From the IMG/VR virus record IMGVR_UViG_3300022179_000884, positions 1 to 36,302 of that record: DNA of 36,302 nucleotides; one strand, written 5' to 3'. The stretch is from a virus. Lineage: Duplodnaviria; Caudoviricetes. Each line of letters begins with the position of its first letter. Position 1 is the first letter of the stretch. This document shows, piece by piece, positions 35,723-36,302 of this stretch. Both the position numbers and the translations under genes were made by a program. Under the pieces are notes generated by a model. That model saw only the letters and a program-made list of their open reading frames with translations, was not told where the DNA came from and searched no databases.

Positions 35723-36302
35723 TGTCAGTAAAACGACCCGTAAAACCCGCAACAAAAAAGTCAAAATCTAAATCAGATTTTGCCTCAATGCTGGCCACAG
35801 CATCAGATGATGAACTCAAAGATCTAGCACAACGCCTAAGATCCATGGGCATTGGTAACGACACCGTGCTGGCCCATATTACACCAGAAGAAGCAGAGTT
35901 GCTAAAACGCAATGGCGGTTCTGGCCGTATCAACCCCAACACTGGATTGCCTATGTTTGATGGCGATGGTGGTGGAGACGGCGGAGGCGGCGACGGCGGT
36001 GGTGGCGACGGCGGTGGCGGTGATGGTGGTGGTGGCGACGGCGGTGGTGGAGATGGTGGTGGAGATGGTGGTGGCGGTGATGGAGGCGATGGCGGAGGCG
36101 ATGGCGGAGGCGATGGCGGAGGCGATGGCGGAGGCGATGCTGGAGGTGATGCTGGTGGCGATGGCGGAGGTGATGCTGGTGGTGATGCAGGTGGTGATGC
36201 AGGTGGTGATGCAGGTGGTGATGCAGGTGGTGATGCTGGTGGTGATGCTGGTGGTGATGACGGAGCAGACGCAGGCGATGATGGTGCTGATGATGGTGCT
36301 GA
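35722..36302 (+). CDS. 5' part of the Gly/Asp-repeat protein (continues at the window start)
   Basis: TAATG-coupled start, MSVKRPVKPATKKSKSKSDFASML...GIGNDTVLAHITPEEA, open to the window end. Confidence 0.85.
   Translation, partial: MSVKRPVKPATKKSKSKSDFASMLATASDDELKDLAQRLRSMGIGNDTVLAHITPEEAELLKRNGGSGRINPNTGLPMFDGDGGGDGGGGDGGGGDGGGGDGGGGDGGGGDGGGDGGGGDGGDGGGDGGGDGGGDGGGDAGGDAGGDGGGDAGGDAGGDAGGDAGGDAGGDAGGDAGGDDGADAGDDGADDGA
35860..36302. repeat. Terminal redundancy / circular overlap, copy 2
   Basis: Matches 1-395 but is 48 nt longer in the repeat tract. Confidence 0.95.

Noticed and set aside
1-36302. Prophage with host flanks, or stop-codon recoding
   Set aside because: No host genes, integrase or att sites and the ends overlap. 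Genes are intact and densely packed under the standard code.
35860-36302. True physical direct terminal repeat of the virion DNA
   Set aside because: It begins mid-gene, ends within a low-complexity tract and the copies differ, so an assembly overlap of a circular or permuted genome is more likely

Overview
The window is an apparently complete, circularly closed genome of a podovirus-like tailed phage. The unit length is about 35.86 kb, and 35860-36302 re-reads 1-395 with a different allele of a Gly/Asp repeat tract. It encodes a full virion set: small and large terminase, P22-like portal, scaffold, major capsid, head-tail adaptor, nozzle-like protein, two tail-fibre proteins, and ejection proteins with lytic-transglycosylase and peptidase-S74 chaperone domains. 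It also carries a Dps ferritin, a GNAT-like protein, a 2OG-Fe(II) oxygenase fusion and a short block (25.2-29.2 kb) behind three near-consensus sigma70 promoters. I recognise no DNA polymerase, helicase, primase, SSB, integrase, RNA polymerase, sigma factor or free endolysin. Nearly every late gene block is preceded by (C/A)TAAATA, the core of T4-type gp55 late promoters. The leading hypothesis is a self-packaging satellite that builds its own particle but borrows late transcription, and probably replication and lysis, from a T4-like helper phage. Two structured non-coding elements fit this model: an antisense-type sRNA exposing an anti-Shine-Dalgarno/anti-AUG loop, and a roughly 400-nt structured element followed by GNA-triloop DNA hairpins (candidate origin). 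The nozzle-like protein has a striking six-deep nested domain insertion. All calls were made by eye and no searches were run.
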